DNA of 32,770 nucleotides from Dicyema japonicum (GCA_011109175.1 RDEW01000003.1:811951-844720), one strand, 5' to 3'. Positions 1 to 12,592 are shown, counted from the stretch's first letter. The notes: a model not told the origin generated them from the letters alone. A program made the numbers and translations.

Positions 1-959
1 TATAAGGAACATTTTCATTTTACTGGAATACAGTAATATAAACTAAAATGGAGCCATTTAATAAAATATTTTGATAAGAATTGTTTATGCAACTATTTTT
101 GAAAGACTCCGAAACTGATCAAAACACTCCTTAAAGACGAAAACTTTTATTTTCCATAACCATAAATAACACAGTAAAACGAAGCACAAAATTAATAAAA
201 CCAACCATACCCTCTTTATAGAACACCAATTAGGGTAACCTATATCAAATACTCCAAAATAACACCAAACTGAACTGGATCTTTCTCCACAAACTTACAG
301 GTACACAGTGACAGCTTGAATCATACCAAGTTCAATTTGAGAATGAAATTCGTACAACATCTACGCCACGAGCTCCAGCACCTCATTGAAGGTCCGTCTT
401 ACACGAATTTGGATCTTCCAAATCCTAACTAAAGTGTAGTTCGGAATGTATTTCAGCGGACATGTCCTCAGAGAATTGATCTTTGAGAAGTTTTCTTGAG
501 TAATTAACCCAGGTTGTTCCGTTCACTCAAATCCTTTAAATCCAGTATAGAAAAGGGGCTAGTCACGATGAAATTGAGGCTAGTCAAGAAAGAGCTTTCT
601 TCTACAAGGATTTTCTGTCAATTTCCCTTCAATTTAAGACAGGCAAGATTCGAATTGATTCATCTGATGTTTTTTTTAATATGAAAGTTTTAGAGATTTA
701 ATAGAAAAAATACCATAGACCGAGGTAACACCAGACTAGCCATTCACGTAATCCCAGTACGCTCTAACAGAGACCTCAACTTCTTCAGATGCTCCTTCTT
801 TGACCACACACAAGCACAATTGGCCGTATAACTGAATCCTCGTAGTCGCAACAGCACATTCCTCGGTTCTAACTAGTTAAGGATTCTAGAGGCATTGGAG
901 AGTGGAATCTTCCAAAAGAAGCTAAGTTTGCCAACTGGTTTGATGGTTAGTTGGCTGTT

Positions 960-2030
960 TGAAAAATGATTCTGGAATAAAGGTTCCCGCATAAAAGAAA
1001 ACGGTCTCTATTTTTTGGAACAACTTAATACCATTAATTCAGTATCTTTCGATGTGTCTACGATATAAAATACCTTGAAAAAAACTGATATCAGAATATT
1101 AAAACTCTTTACTGAAAGCGGTTCAAGATCCCGGGCTCGACCTCCACCTTGTGGATCTGGGAAGACTTAGATAGCTGAGGTTATTCTATTCTCATTTAAG
1201 AGAGTGAACCTCAACTAGTATAATTTCTATATATAACGAAAGCATCATGGGTACTCTATAGGTCGACGTCTTGTATGAATCTTTTAGATAATTTTTTTAG
1301 TGAAATTGGGATTATAGTCTGCAATTAGTCCTCTTGAAATGTTTTTCTCGTCGGCACTGAGGATGATTTTATTAAAAAATTTCACTGTGGCGTCAAACGA
1401 TTTGAAATTCTCAACGGAAAAGTCAGATAGAAATTTTTCTGTTTCTTCTCTGAATGAATCCCATTTTGCACATTTGTAATTCGTTAGTTTTCCGATGTCT
1501 AACAATAGGCGAGAGTAGTTCGATTGACAGTAGAATTGGATTTATGGTCCGAGTGTAGGTCATATACAATTCTCCAAGATATCGCCGAAGATAGTGATGG
1601 AGAACATTTGTTGTCAGCATGTGATCGTCATCTTCAAACAGAGCTCGTGTCTGAGCGTAAGTATCGAAGAATGGAATAGATTTGTATATGAGTATGAGAA
1701 CACCGCCTCCTCTGTTTGAATTCGGTCGATCACGGCGGACAATTGAGTAGTCTGTAGTGTGGAAGCGCTGACTTTCTTGATAGTTTCGTTTCCTGTAGCA
1801 TGGCAACATCAATTTTGTGAGAAGTTAGAAATGCAAAAAGTTCATTTGATTTGTGTGTGAGGCCGTTTATGTTAAATTGCATGATGTTAAGGAATTTCCC
1901 GTTTTTATGGGGCCCGGGGTTCTGTTCGATGTCCCCAGCTAGGATTAGGAGTAGCCAATCCGATCTTTGAGAGCGAAAGATACGCGCCCGCTCAATTACC
2001 GCCATCATCCAGTCAACTTCCAGAGGTCGT
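960..2030 (-). mobile_element. Decayed APE-type non-LTR retrotransposon (I/Ingi-like): 2A-like peptide, endonuclease and linker
   Basis: Three frameshifted ORFs join into an endonuclease (LNIMQFNINGL..IDVAMLQETKL; YSIVRRDRPNSNRGGGVLILI) and a post-EN linker (TNYKCAKWDSFREE..ISRG..DYNP). Weak RT-start similarity continues to about 960 and possibly about 730. Confidence 0.85.
1910..1936 (-). other. 2A-like ribosome-skipping motif GDIEQNPGP
   Basis: DWLLLILAGDIEQNPGP is in frame with and directly upstream of the endonuclease; it matches the D-[V/I]-E-x-NPGP consensus with a Leu-rich lead-in. Confidence 0.9.
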
Positions 2031-2187
2031 TGAAAAGGTTGACAAGGTATTGGAAGTGGTTCTTTTAGTTGTCAGTTTAATACGGGCATCCAATTTTCTC
2101 CACGTGAAGGTGAACCACATCGAAAATTTGAGATGGTGAATCACATGACGCATCAAACAAAATTTAAATTTAAAAAATTAGATTTTT

Positions 2188-2278
2188 AATGAATAAAACA
2201 TGACAAAATTTACTTTTATCTTATTTTAATAATAAATAAATGAAAAAAATTCTGCCATTATAGCACTTAAATTGCCCT
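2188..2278. repeat. AT-rich dispersed repeat, copy 1 (copy 2 at 30079-30169)
   Basis: Shared blocks aatgaataaaacatga, tacttttatcttattttaat, aaaaaaattct and cattatagcac, ending in gccct, in the same orientation. Confidence 0.75.
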
Positions 2279-2349
2279 AATAAATACTATAATATCACTG
2301 CATTGATTTGTCAGTCAAATCAAGCTTCACTTTCATTAAATGGCAGCAA

Positions 2350-4400
2350 CAAATTATTTCTTTAACCATATGATAAGTTTGGTCACTTACACTCCGACCT
2401 CCTCTGAAACCATTATAACATCTGGAAGTTCATTAGGATGATCACATCAAATGCCCGTGAGTCAGTACAAAAATCCGTCAATAACTTGGTGGAAATGCAC
2501 AAGTTTTTCATCCTTTACTAGACATGATACTTGTTAGAAATGATTATCCACATTACCTTGAATGCAACAGAAGAAGAGGCTTTAAAATGTAGGAATATCG
2601 ACCTGCAGTGATGGAAGGTCATAAATAGAATGAGACAGAAGAAGGTCGTAACGGATAGCACCTACAAAAAGCGTGACAGCACTCGCGTAATCAGTCTCAC
2701 TCTCAATCACTACAGAGTTGAATCTCCCACAGTGATTAAGTATCCGTGACAACTATAATGCTTATATTAGAGGACTAGATTCAGAGATGTCATAAACAGG
2801 CAGTAAGGCTTTGATTAGATCTGGAATGAAAACGTGGCACGTGGATTGAGTCAAAAGGTTGGAACTCTATGTACTCAGCCGGCAAAAGCACCCAACGGAG
2901 GCCATATGTACAGAAATAATTGTCAATATAAAATTTGTTAGTTCGAATAGGGGATGTCTAGTGAGTGTAAGACAACCTTCACCACGTATTACAAACCTTG
3001 GAGAATCAGTAAGACCACATATGATGGGTCAGCAGTACTTATTCTCCGAGATACATCAGTCAAGGAAAATATGCTAGGGTCACCAAGCCATCTACCAGTC
3101 CAACTCTGGTAGAAGAGAGGTTCGCATAAAGGAGTGTGGTTATTGAATATATGGTCCTGCAGGTTCAATAGAATATCATATTCATCGTCACATATTATGA
3201 ATTGGATGTTTCCATAGACTTAGTACAATGTTCGCGTCCTTGTGACTTGTAATGGGCCTCTGTCTCAGCCTCGAACTGAATTAGTAAAATGGTTACTAAA
3301 TTTAAAGTCCTCTGGCAGAGACAAGTATTTCTGATTCTCCATAGAACAAGGAATTCTTAGCAGAAACTTACGTAAATTGGATATATTGAATACCTGAGCC
3401 AAATAAATAATGTACACGCGGGTATGCAGTCCGGTAAGTCCTCAATCTCATCCTGTGCCATTCTATTAATAACTTGTGACAACTGGGAGTAATTCAATTC
3501 ACTAAATTCGTCCAAATAGTAGAGTAGGTGGACCTGATAAAAAATTTGATATCTGGTTGAAAAATCGAATTGGTCACATCAATAGCAAGTTCAACGTGTC
3601 CACAACTTAAAAAGGATGTCATCATATTCATCGGATGTTGAATACTTTGAGTGCCAACACTCAGATATTGGAACACAGGGTTAGGGGAGACATTAGCTCA
3701 TCATAGATATTGGTAGTAAAGGAGGCTGTTTTGATAATCTTATACAAACTACTCAACTCCAAAATTTTTAAACAGAGGATCTGACCACCGACATGAGAGC
3801 ACATATCAATTCTATATACAAGAAGATCAGTTTGGTAATCAGTGAATATTTCATAGCGGAACCGGATTGTCTATAGAAGACTCGCACGAAACAAAAAGAA
3901 AAAGAGAAGTAAAGAGCATTACCTAGTTCCCTCCCTCAACGATAAAGTCATGTATTATTACGGTGGAAGCAATGAGAAAGAAACTAATAGCATCTGACCT
4001 GCTTAGGTAATTCTGGTTCCCCTTAATCCCCCTTTCCATTTTCATCCTTCTGCTCATCGAGGGACCCCAATGTATCTTTGAGATGTATGTGCTTGTGCCT
4101 AAACAGGATGTCAATGGGAACAGATCTCTGAGGAAGGACAACTCGGACGAACATAGGGAATTTCCTGGTGCTTGACAAAACAGCAAAATCCACAACTGTC
4201 CCTTCGTAATGTCGACTCCCACATGACACTGCATAGAGCATGATCCGTTCGACGACGTTAAATGATTTGTCTGCTCGTGTAATTTTCTCAAACATCGACG
4301 CAGAGTCTGAACTTCCAGGAGCACATGCATATTCGATATTTATACTTAACTTTCCTACTAAATAATCGGAGCGTGCTAAAGTTCTGTCCACCAGGAAAAA
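2350..4400 (-). pseudogene. Unassigned, apparently intron-free decayed coding region, GC-richer than its flanks
   Basis: Long protein-like stretches broken by stops and frameshifts (ORF 4023-4391; QVHLLYYLDEFSELNYSQLSQVINRMAQDE; NIQFIICDDEYDILLNLQDH; RFNSVVIESETDYASAVTLF). No family recognised. Confidence 0.35.
3838..3920 (+). mobile_element. Partial SINE copy (central domain) inside the unassigned coding region
   Basis: atcagtgaatatttcatagcggaaccggattgtctatagaagactcgcacgaaacaaaaagaaaaag aligns with the core of the copies at about 12.0 and 23.7 kb. Confidence 0.7.
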
Positions 4401-4914
4401 AACTGAACAGGGTAAATGAAAAAATACAGAGGGCTTTTCAGCTATTGTACTTTCCGTACGTACGATTTATGAGAATCAGTTGATGGTTGAGACATGGTTG
4501 TATGGGCTCGAGATAGTAAATCATGCCAAGAGGAGGATTCTGTTGATCGTGCCGGGATCACGTGAGTAGTTAGTTTGGTGTTACACTGGTCTTTGAAAAT
4601 TTTCTTTCATTCAATATGGGAAGTGATAAATTGAAAGGAAACACTGCACAGAAGGTGCATTTCTGACGAGTTGAGATGTTTATAATCGAGCAGAAGTGGT
4701 TGTGACCATACAAGTAAACTCGACCCTTACAAATTGGCCATTTTTGCTTTTTAGAATTTTATGAAAAATAGCCAATTTGAAAAAAAATAAAATCAATAAT
4801 TTTGAAAAACAATGAACATAGAATTTATAAAAAAAATCCCTTAAATGAACAAAAAACATATTTAAGTTTTATTAAAAAAATTAATTCCTAACTGTTTTTT
4901 TCTTTACTTCAAAA

Positions 4915-5500
4915 ATGCTTGCTTTGTATTTCGAAAACATTGAGGCACTTTTGTCTTGCGATCATCACTGGTCTCAACTTATGCGTTCCGGCCATGTTTG
5001 AACAAAGCATAATAGAGACAAGTTCTTAAAAATTTTTGTAACCTTGGATCGGTTTCTGTAGAAGTTTTTCGATGAGGTTATAGTACAATCGAATTCGTCG
5101 ACTCTGGACTCCAGATCATCGATTTGGTCGGGTTTATATGTTTTTGGAATTTCTTTAAAGTCTTCAGGAAAGGCTTCAATGTCAACTAATTTATCTTTTC
5201 GCATTTCTCCATGTAACTTGAGCATTCTGACTTTGTGTCTTTTGATTTTATCCAAACCCATTAAAATTTTAGAAATTATAAAGTTTTAACTCATTTACAA
5301 AAAAATGCTGCCTTGGTAGATATTAAGGCATCATTCAAAAACCACCAGAAATTGATTTTTCAATAAATACCTTTTGATTCTTACCTCCATCCATTATACC
5401 AACTTCTCTTCAATCTATGAAAGCTTTGGAGCAGCTTTAAAAGACGGCTAATATTTTTTTAATCTTTCAAAATAGCGTCTTTTTTCAGTAATAGATTTTT
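4915..5500 (-). mobile_element. Tigger/pogo-family transposase remnant
   Basis: IEEKLV..; LNDALISTKAAFF; GLDKIKRHKVRMLKLHGE; YKPDQID; CSNMAGTHKLRPVMIA fit the CENP-B-type HTH and the start of DDE_1. Confidence 0.85.
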
Positions 5501-5639
5501 TATTGTTTTTCTAAATATCGCTTTTCGAAACAAGTGCGAGAATCTATCAGCTAATTACTACAAAATAGCAACATCATAATTTACAATTTGAGTTTTTTCA
5601 TTAAAGTAGGGCCTCCACGAGAAGCATTGGAAGGCATTT

Positions 5640-5790
5640 GTTAAACGAATGCTGAATCTTCCATGAACTACTGTTTCACGAATTGTTACCAAATTTTTGC
5701 TGTTAAATTTTGATGAGGTCGGATTTTCAGTATCTTCAAGACCAAGACTTATATGTCTAATGCTCGTCGACTTTACCTAAGAGTCTGAAG
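5640..5790 (+). mobile_element. Possible Tc1-like N-terminal HTH fragment
   Basis: KRMLNLP*TTVSRIVTKF resembles the Tc1 HTH; short and degraded. Confidence 0.35.
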
Positions 5791-6153
5791 ACATATTTTA
5801 TGGATATTACTAATATTTAAATTCATTTAACCAAAAAACACCGTCATAGCCACTTTATGCATTCCTCCAGATTCTGTGTACCCATCAGAAGCCTCAACAG
5901 GGAGAGTCGTTCGGCTTGAATGGCAGCACGACTAATTATTTCTTCTTGTTGAATTATGCTCTTGCTACCAGCTCGCACCATGTGATTCAAATTTATTCAA
6001 ATATAAAAGAGAAAGTTACTCTAAATATGCTGATATAATTAATAATATAATTATTTATTTTATTATTTCTTATTTTCTCGAAAAAATATAGCTCATTAAA
6101 CTGCAACATTACCACCTAGGTTTGATTAGGGATTTCTTACATATTTCAGGGAT

Positions 6154-6640
6154 ATTATTATTATTATCAGCACTGCCGAGAACACAAAAAAACAAAAGTC
6201 AATTAAGGTTCCCTTGTGCCGCGCCGGCCACCCTTTGCACCAATCGCATCCAAAGGCCTCTCGGTTTCGCAAGATCTCTTAGTTCATCGAGGTCATCCAT
6301 TGTTTTCAACTCCCTGCCTATGGCTTTTAGGTCCTCATTTAGCGTTTTAGGTAAGGTTGTTCTAGGCCTTCCTCGGAATGATTTTGTTTTTTCCATGAAA
6401 AATATTCATCTATTACGTGATTTGCCGGGACATCCAGGTCCATCCTCAGAATGTGACCGAACAGTCTCCATCTCGATCTTCTGATTTCCATGGATAATGG
6501 TTCTGTTTTGCTCAACTTATATAATTGTTCGTTTTTGATCTTCATTTTGTAGTGAATATTAAGTGCCTTCCGAAGCATACTGCGGTCGAAACTGTCAATA
6601 GACTCCACTGCCCGTTTAGACAAACCCAATGTTTCAGGGA
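6154..6640 (-). mobile_element. 3' end of an RTE-like LINE with a (TAA)n tail
   Basis: IDSFDRSMLRKALNIHY..IKNEQLY..IRRSRWRLFGHILRMD; RGRPRTTLPKTLNEDL; a short 3' UTR ends in a TAA repeat (about 6154-6167). Confidence 0.85.
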
Positions 6641-6699
6641 TACAACAAATAAATTAATTTTAAAATTAATAAAATTTTTGAAATATAATTAAAAATTTT

Positions 6700-7215
6700 T
6701 AATTATATTAAGCGAAGTCTTGACGGACAGGGAGGAATTAACAAACAACCATTATTCTCTATGCATGTGGATTGAAAGCAAGCGAGGCGGTGTTGGTTGA
6801 GGTTTTTGATAAGCTCCAAAGATTGTGAGGCGAGTGCTATTTCGTCTCAAGAGCTCTGAGGAAAATCGTCCGCTGGGGAACAATAAGCCGACCATTCCCA
6901 TGCAGCTCGAACTACTGAAAAAGCCTCTTCGAAGGGAGATCTCGAAGTGTTGAGTAAATCTCCAACGACAAGCCAACACGTGAAGCAAACGAAGAAAGAA
7001 AAGCAGGGAGAGTATGTCAGTCAAGATTTGAGGCCGAGGATACCCTGAGAGCTCAGGAGTTTTGAATTTTCTCCAGCCTTTATCGTCTAACTGCACATCG
7101 AGGACAGCAGCCAAGGCTTTCAGTTTGTAAAAGACTAGGTTGAGGAATCTACAAGCCGTAGTTGAGAAAACCATAAGGAATGAGTTTCCAGCATTTTTTT
7201 GTCTAGTTAAGTGAC
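6700..7215 (-). mobile_element. CRE-clade non-LTR fragment (post-RT linker)
   Basis: Frameshifted LAAVLDVQLDDKGW..; PAFLSSFASRVG; QSS*DEIAL..LNQHRLACF match the CRE region between RT and RLE. Confidence 0.75.
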
Positions 7216-7246
7216 TGTTTGACAATTTTATCCACATAGTAGTAAG

Positions 7247-8310
7247 ATGGCAACATCATCTCTTAAGGACTACTGGTTGAAGTACTCGTTTTTAGGTTGT
7301 GGGATATAAATAGGCTTAATAAAGCCGATGGGGTAGGTGAATTTCAAAAACTCTACTCCCAAAGAGACGTGATTTTGCATACATCTTACTTGTTCTCGTT
7401 TCCTAAGCAATAAGGTTAATTGGATAAACCTTCCTGGAAAGACCGGGAGTGGAGCCAGATGCCTAATTACGGGAAGGAGATACAAGGTCTCGTATCTCGG
7501 ATGAGGCAGCATCATTTGTTATGTCGAACTAATATTGCAATCCCAGAAAATCCGTCGAAACCTGAAAGTGATTTGATCAGCGAATTCCTTCCAAGGATGA
7601 GGGACCAGCTAGATACAAATATTCGAGTAACACTCCTTTTGCTGCTGCAGAACATCCTGAATTCGTCAAATTCGTCCAAATGCTTCTTCCTGGGTATCGT
7701 TTACCCTCTCGTCATCAAATTGGTGTTCCATTGCTCGATCGTGTGTACGACCAAATACATGAAGACTGTCGGCAAAGGCTCCAGGAGAAGACAGTGTCTA
7801 TGATGTTGGAACATTCATTATGAACCTGTTATTTGTGTCAGTTGTAACATCGGATGTAGAAATCTATCTAATTGACACTGTGAACATTTCTGGATATAGC
7901 CACACCTCAGAGTATCTTCAATCTGTTGCTTTAGCTTTTGCAAAGTCCGCCGAGCAACGGTTAGATGTAAAATCGGGAGTCTTGTAACGGACGATGCTGC
8001 CAACATGACTAAAATGAGGCGGATAATGATGCAAGATGACGATGAAATTATTACATATGGTTACTCGGCACATTATCTCAACCTTTTCTCAAAGTATGTC
8101 GAAGAAACTATCGGAAAAAAAAATAAATACTTTCGAAACGTCCATCTTCCAGCGGCATGGTACAAATCTGCTGGAGAAAAAAAACTTATTCTTCCGATTG
8201 ATGTTCGCTGGAACACTTTATCAGAGTGTCTTTAATCTTATCTTGATAATTGGTCTATAATTTTGAGAATTTGTGAGGAACACAGATCGAATATTGATAC
8301 AGAGATGTTG
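7247..8310 (+). mobile_element. hAT transposase pseudogene with a BED-type zinc finger
   Basis: GKEIQGLVSRMRQHHLLC (BED finger); FVQMLLPGYRLPSRHQIG; SLVTDDAANMTKM; YSAHYLNL; DVRWNTL. Confidence 0.85.
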
Positions 8311-8349
8311 TTTACAAGCTTTTAAATAAATAATACGTTTTCCTAAAAA

Positions 8350-8545
8350 CCGAAGATCACACGATAACTGTCCTGACTGCGTGCCTATTCCCTCTCAAGA
8401 TGGCGAGGGAGATTCGCTCAAATAGCCAGCAGCGCTGACGGAGATATCATGTGCGTGTAAAAATCTGATTCCCTATACAACTACGGAATTCAAAAATCCG
8501 ATTTCCGTCAAGTTGTCACAAAATGTCTAATTTATGGTTGGCATC
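8350..8545 (-). mobile_element. CRE-clade 3' end
   Basis: IGNQIFTRT..RQRCWLFERISLAILRGNRHAV* is the typical CRE C-terminal motif. Confidence 0.8.
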
Positions 8546-8869
8546 AATGATGTTGTTGTCTCGAACATTTCGTAGACATTTCATTTAAATAAAAAATATT
8601 AAATGGGAGGGGACAATTATGGCCTTCGTTAATACGCAAAGATTTGTTGATATTACCACATTTAGAACCGTACGATGACCTTAACATTGAGAAAATATTT
8701 AAGCGGGCTTTTTTGACGGAGGAGTAAATTTGGATTTTTTCGATTTATTAGTCTTTTTATTTGTTTTTGGGATTACTTTGTATTTTGTCTATGTGGATGC
8801 AATTTGACTCTACGTTTTCTGATGCGATCTACCGATATATCAGTACAGCATATAATATTCCATTATTTG

Positions 8870-9196
8870 TTGAATTGACTGATGTTTAAGAAATAATGAG
8901 AATTGTAGTTCTCTTCTTTCTGATTCTTCTGTTTTTGATTAATTCTTGTAAGGATTCAAGCTGAATGTATTTTTGGAAGATGATTGCCTTTTTTCCTGAC
9001 AAATAAAGTACCAAATAAAACTTGGATTCTCCGGCCACTTACTCTGCCAAACAGAGAAAGCTGGATAAATATTTTGAGCTTGGGGGCCGTTTCTCATGTC
9101 CCAAATGTGTTCGAGACGGCAACCGGTAAATTCATCGGTAAATTCTTCGCGAGGTAAGAGGTTCCAGGAAACAAATATCACTGCTTGTTTAGACAT
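8870..9196 (-). pseudogene. Unidentified host-gene fragment with a probable 26-nt intron (8996-9021)
   Basis: ORF 8939-9196; removing gttttatttggtactttatttgtcag gives ..WPENPRKKAIIFQKYIQLESLQELIKNRR.. The family was not recognised. Confidence 0.3.
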
Positions 9197-10129
9197 ATGA
9201 TTCCATGAGCTTTAAGAAAAATTCCAACAAGCAATATTGTCAAGGCTCGTTGCAGATCAAGAAATGGGGGAATAGGAAATATTTAATAAATCATAACTCT
9301 TAACTCCATTAGATGCCCTACGTCAAGGTCAATTAAGAGTGAGTGTATAATTTCTCTTACCAAAAAATCGTAAAGCACTGACGAATAAAGGTAAGAGTGA
9401 TTTTGTCAAAAACTGCATTTATGGTGTTCTAATTCTGAGAAACGTAGTAAACTACCAAAAATTAGTCTACTTATTGAAGACACCTGCAAGAAGCTCTTGA
9501 ACACTGCTAATGTTCTAAAGCAAAAGGTGAATTATTTTTAAACAGAAAAATAAATCGAATTGATTTTAATTTTTTAGGTGAAAAAATCAATGATTTGACG
9601 GGTGGTTTCTCTTATTTATTTACTTATGTCCATTCAAGTAAAGGAAACCGGCGGCTAAAAGAAATGATTACCAAAAAAGGACGTTTTTAGAGACCTGTCA
9701 GGTATATCTGGTCGATTCATACATCAAATTAGGACAAGAGCAGAGATGGCTTGTCTAAAATGGAACTGAGAAACAACCATCGTCTGATTTTGTTCATATA
9801 GTCTTGCAATTAGTATTGCTAGTATACTATTTAAAAAAATGCCCAAAAAACAGAGGTTTCCCCAAAAATGGAGGTTCGGCATTTTCTTTAGATTTATCCA
9901 CAGTTTAACGATTTAAATTTGATTTTTATTAAATTTATAGATAAATAATGTTTTTTTTATAGATTTTTCAGAATTATATTAATAACATATTTATTTAACG
10001 ATAGGAAAATAGTCTGTTAATTTCCCTCCGGTTGCGGATTTTTTCAATTGCATTCCTAATATTTTTCTGAAATTATAATAATCTTTCAAAGCTTAAGGGA
10101 ACAAATTGAAAATGTTCTCGTCAAGTGTA

Positions 10130-11030
10130 TTCATCGCTGTTATTGTTTCCAAACGAGAATAGGTACATTTTACTCCGTCGTATATATTATCGTCATCATT
10201 TACTACATTTTCAGTAATTATATTTAATTATGTTATCTAAACTCTCCAATTCATTATTCACCAATGAGAGAGTTTGAAAACGACATTCATCAATTTTCTT
10301 CCAACAATTAGTAATTGATTCAGAGTGTATTTGTTGCCATGTCTTCTCAACAATAATGATTATTTGTCTGAGATTTACTTGCTTTAAATTAAACATTGTA
10401 AACTTATCATCCTCAAAAGATAGGGTAAAATCCATCAAATTATTTAAATAATTGGATTTGAACGATTTAATAACTCCCATATCTAAGGGTTGAATTAATG
10501 ATGTTGCATTTTGGCAGAAAAAATAGCTCAATGTTAGAAAAATGATTAGTCTTGTGACTACTTGCATTGTCAAGCAAAAGGACAATTTTTCGGTTGTGTT
10601 GAATCATTTCTTCGTTGACAATGTTCAACCGAGTAATAAATATATCAGATGTCATCCAACAATTTTTAGAAAACGAATATAAAACTCCGTGCTCTTCAGG
10701 GTTAAAATTTTTCATACAAAGTGGAGATTTATATTTTTCTATTAATAATGGTTCAATTTTTCGCCACAAGCACTGACCGACAAAAGAATAGTGATTTTTT
10801 CTTTACTCCTTTTAATTCCAAAACAATCTTTTGATTGTACGGACCCATTATTTATAAAGTTCATATAATTTTGTTTGATTCTAGATACTGCTCCTAAACA
10901 ATAGAATTATCAGATAACCTTTACTAATTTTATACTTTTTGACAATATCTCGTTCGCTCATGAGACAATTTTTGTTGATTTCTTGGGCAATTTTAAGCTT
11001 TAACTCCAGAGTAAGCTTCCTCACCATCAC
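10130..11030 (-). mobile_element. Internally deleted Tigger-family transposon
   Basis: MVRKLTLELKLKIAQ (HTH); KRSKEKITILL; NCWMTSDIF; VLLLDNASSH; TSLIQPLDMGVIKSFK; TNCWKK. Confidence 0.9.
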
Positions 11031-11990
11031 AACAAAAACGCAAATCTAGCACGCGAAGTTTAAGAAAATTTTATATAATTAAATTAAATATTAATTGCAA
11101 GACTTTATATAAATTAAAAAAAATTAAGTGCCCCACTAAGAGGTTCAGGTAATTTCCAAATTCGCCACACCAAAGTACACATAAGAATCAGTAACACCAG
11201 GGTTCAAATTAAGATAGACAATGTTGTCCGTACATAGTGGTACACGATAAGGCTCTGGTCTGAAGCAGTTAAGGGTAGATAGGAAGCTCCAGGCCTATCT
11301 ACAGTCCACTGTATTAAAGCGGACCATAGAGAGCCTGACACTGGAGTGTAAAAGGCGGTGCCCGGAGATCCCATATGAGTAGAGGGTACAATTGTACAAA
11401 GCGATCTTGGAGTTGTTTCAACCAGAATCGAACCTGCCTGAGGAAGCTGGCAAACAGACAGGCGAGAAGGTTGTTGATTATTAAATATTAACTTGTTATT
11501 GTTGGTTAATAAAGTTAAGTTAAAATAGCATAGATGATATATATTGAAAGTAATGAAAAATGTGTAAAAATAGATGGAGCTCAACGTACGAAGGGTGACA
11601 ATATATAAAGTTATTTTCATATATAAAAAATCATGAAATTTAACAAAATGATTTCATTCGATTCTTCTGGAGAAGACGTCGTTAAAAAGTTGTCTTAGGG
11701 TCCAAGAGTTGAATAGGTGTATTGATCTATTTGTTGCTCCAAAAAATTATATAAGAATGTGTCATATACTTAACCACTCTAGACAAGTCGAGGTCTTTTA
11801 GAAGGCTTAATAGTTTATGAATAAAACCTAAAAAATTTAGTCCACAATCCATTAAATGTCTGAAGACGCCGAATGTCTGGGCCGGTATTTTAAAAAGGTC
11901 TATCTATTCATTCCACAGGGAGAATTTTCGGTCTCTGTCGACGACTTCTGGAATCAACTCAGCTCGCCAGGAAACCACTCTCGACATAAT

Positions 11991-12307
11991 AATAAATAAT
12001 ATTCGCACTTTCGGAGGAGCCATATCAGCTATCGCTCCCCACAGGCAGAACACACACTTCATTTAAAGCAAAGAACAGTTATAATAGCAATCGATGAAGG
12101 ATCAAGGAGTGCTCTTCAGTTTTTTTCTTTTTCTTGGGTGTATGTCCTTTATAGACGATATGGATCCGCAATGAAGTTCACTGATAAAGGCGTCACTCGT
12201 CAAGCCAAAGCATATTGATGTGGGGAACCTTCAACCGACATGTGTAGTATCGACATTCGAACTAGCGATTATCAGGCCTCTTTTGCAGGCAACCGTCTCG
12301 ACATAAT
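11991..12307 (-). mobile_element. tRNA-derived SINE, near-complete copy
   Basis: B-box-like GTTCGAAT, conserved core and an (ATT)-rich tail; colinear with 23660-23975. Imperfect 22-23 bp direct repeats at 11968-11990 and 12286-12307. Confidence 0.8.
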
Positions 12308-12489
12308 GTGAAATAAAATGAAAATTTAAAAAATCACGATAAACCATACTAACTACCCACGTGATCTTCACCTCATCTTTCACCAATGTTCATTCCTCGA
12401 GTTCACATAAAGACATTTAGGGAGCAGAACCTGATGATTCGGGTATCAATTGTTGGATAGCAATTATTTTAATACTTGTTCCTCCAAAC

Positions 12490-12592
12490 TGTGAGTCCTT
12501 TTTAGACGATCCGGTTCCACGTCAATCCAAATCATGGAACCTTCAGCCTGAATGTATATCAAGGAGGTTCGACCAGGGACAATCAGGCCTTT
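12490..12592 (-). mobile_element. Internally deleted SINE copy
   Basis: gtgagtcctttttagacgatccggttcc fused to gtcaatccaaatcatggaaccttc..ttcgacc..caggcc; both parts align with the 12.0 kb copy. Confidence 0.6.

Noticed and set aside
6122-6484. 120-aa plus-strand ORF
   Set aside because: Antisense shadow of the RTE 3' end.
6752-7237. 161-aa ORF as an intact protein
   Set aside because: Only part of it is in the CRE frame; the homologous motifs continue in other frames.
9085-9125. HIWDMRN as a WD40 repeat
   Set aside because: A single short motif with no other WD-repeat features.
9851-9880. cagaggtttcccaaa as the left TIR of the 19.5-20.6 kb Buster element
   Set aside because: The flank does not match the right-end TSD and it is about 10 kb away; an orphan end at best.
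11968-12307. 22-23 bp direct repeats as a definite SINE TSD
   Set aside because: The repeat resembles the SINE head itself (similar sequence at about 23955), so a tandem head remnant is equally possible.
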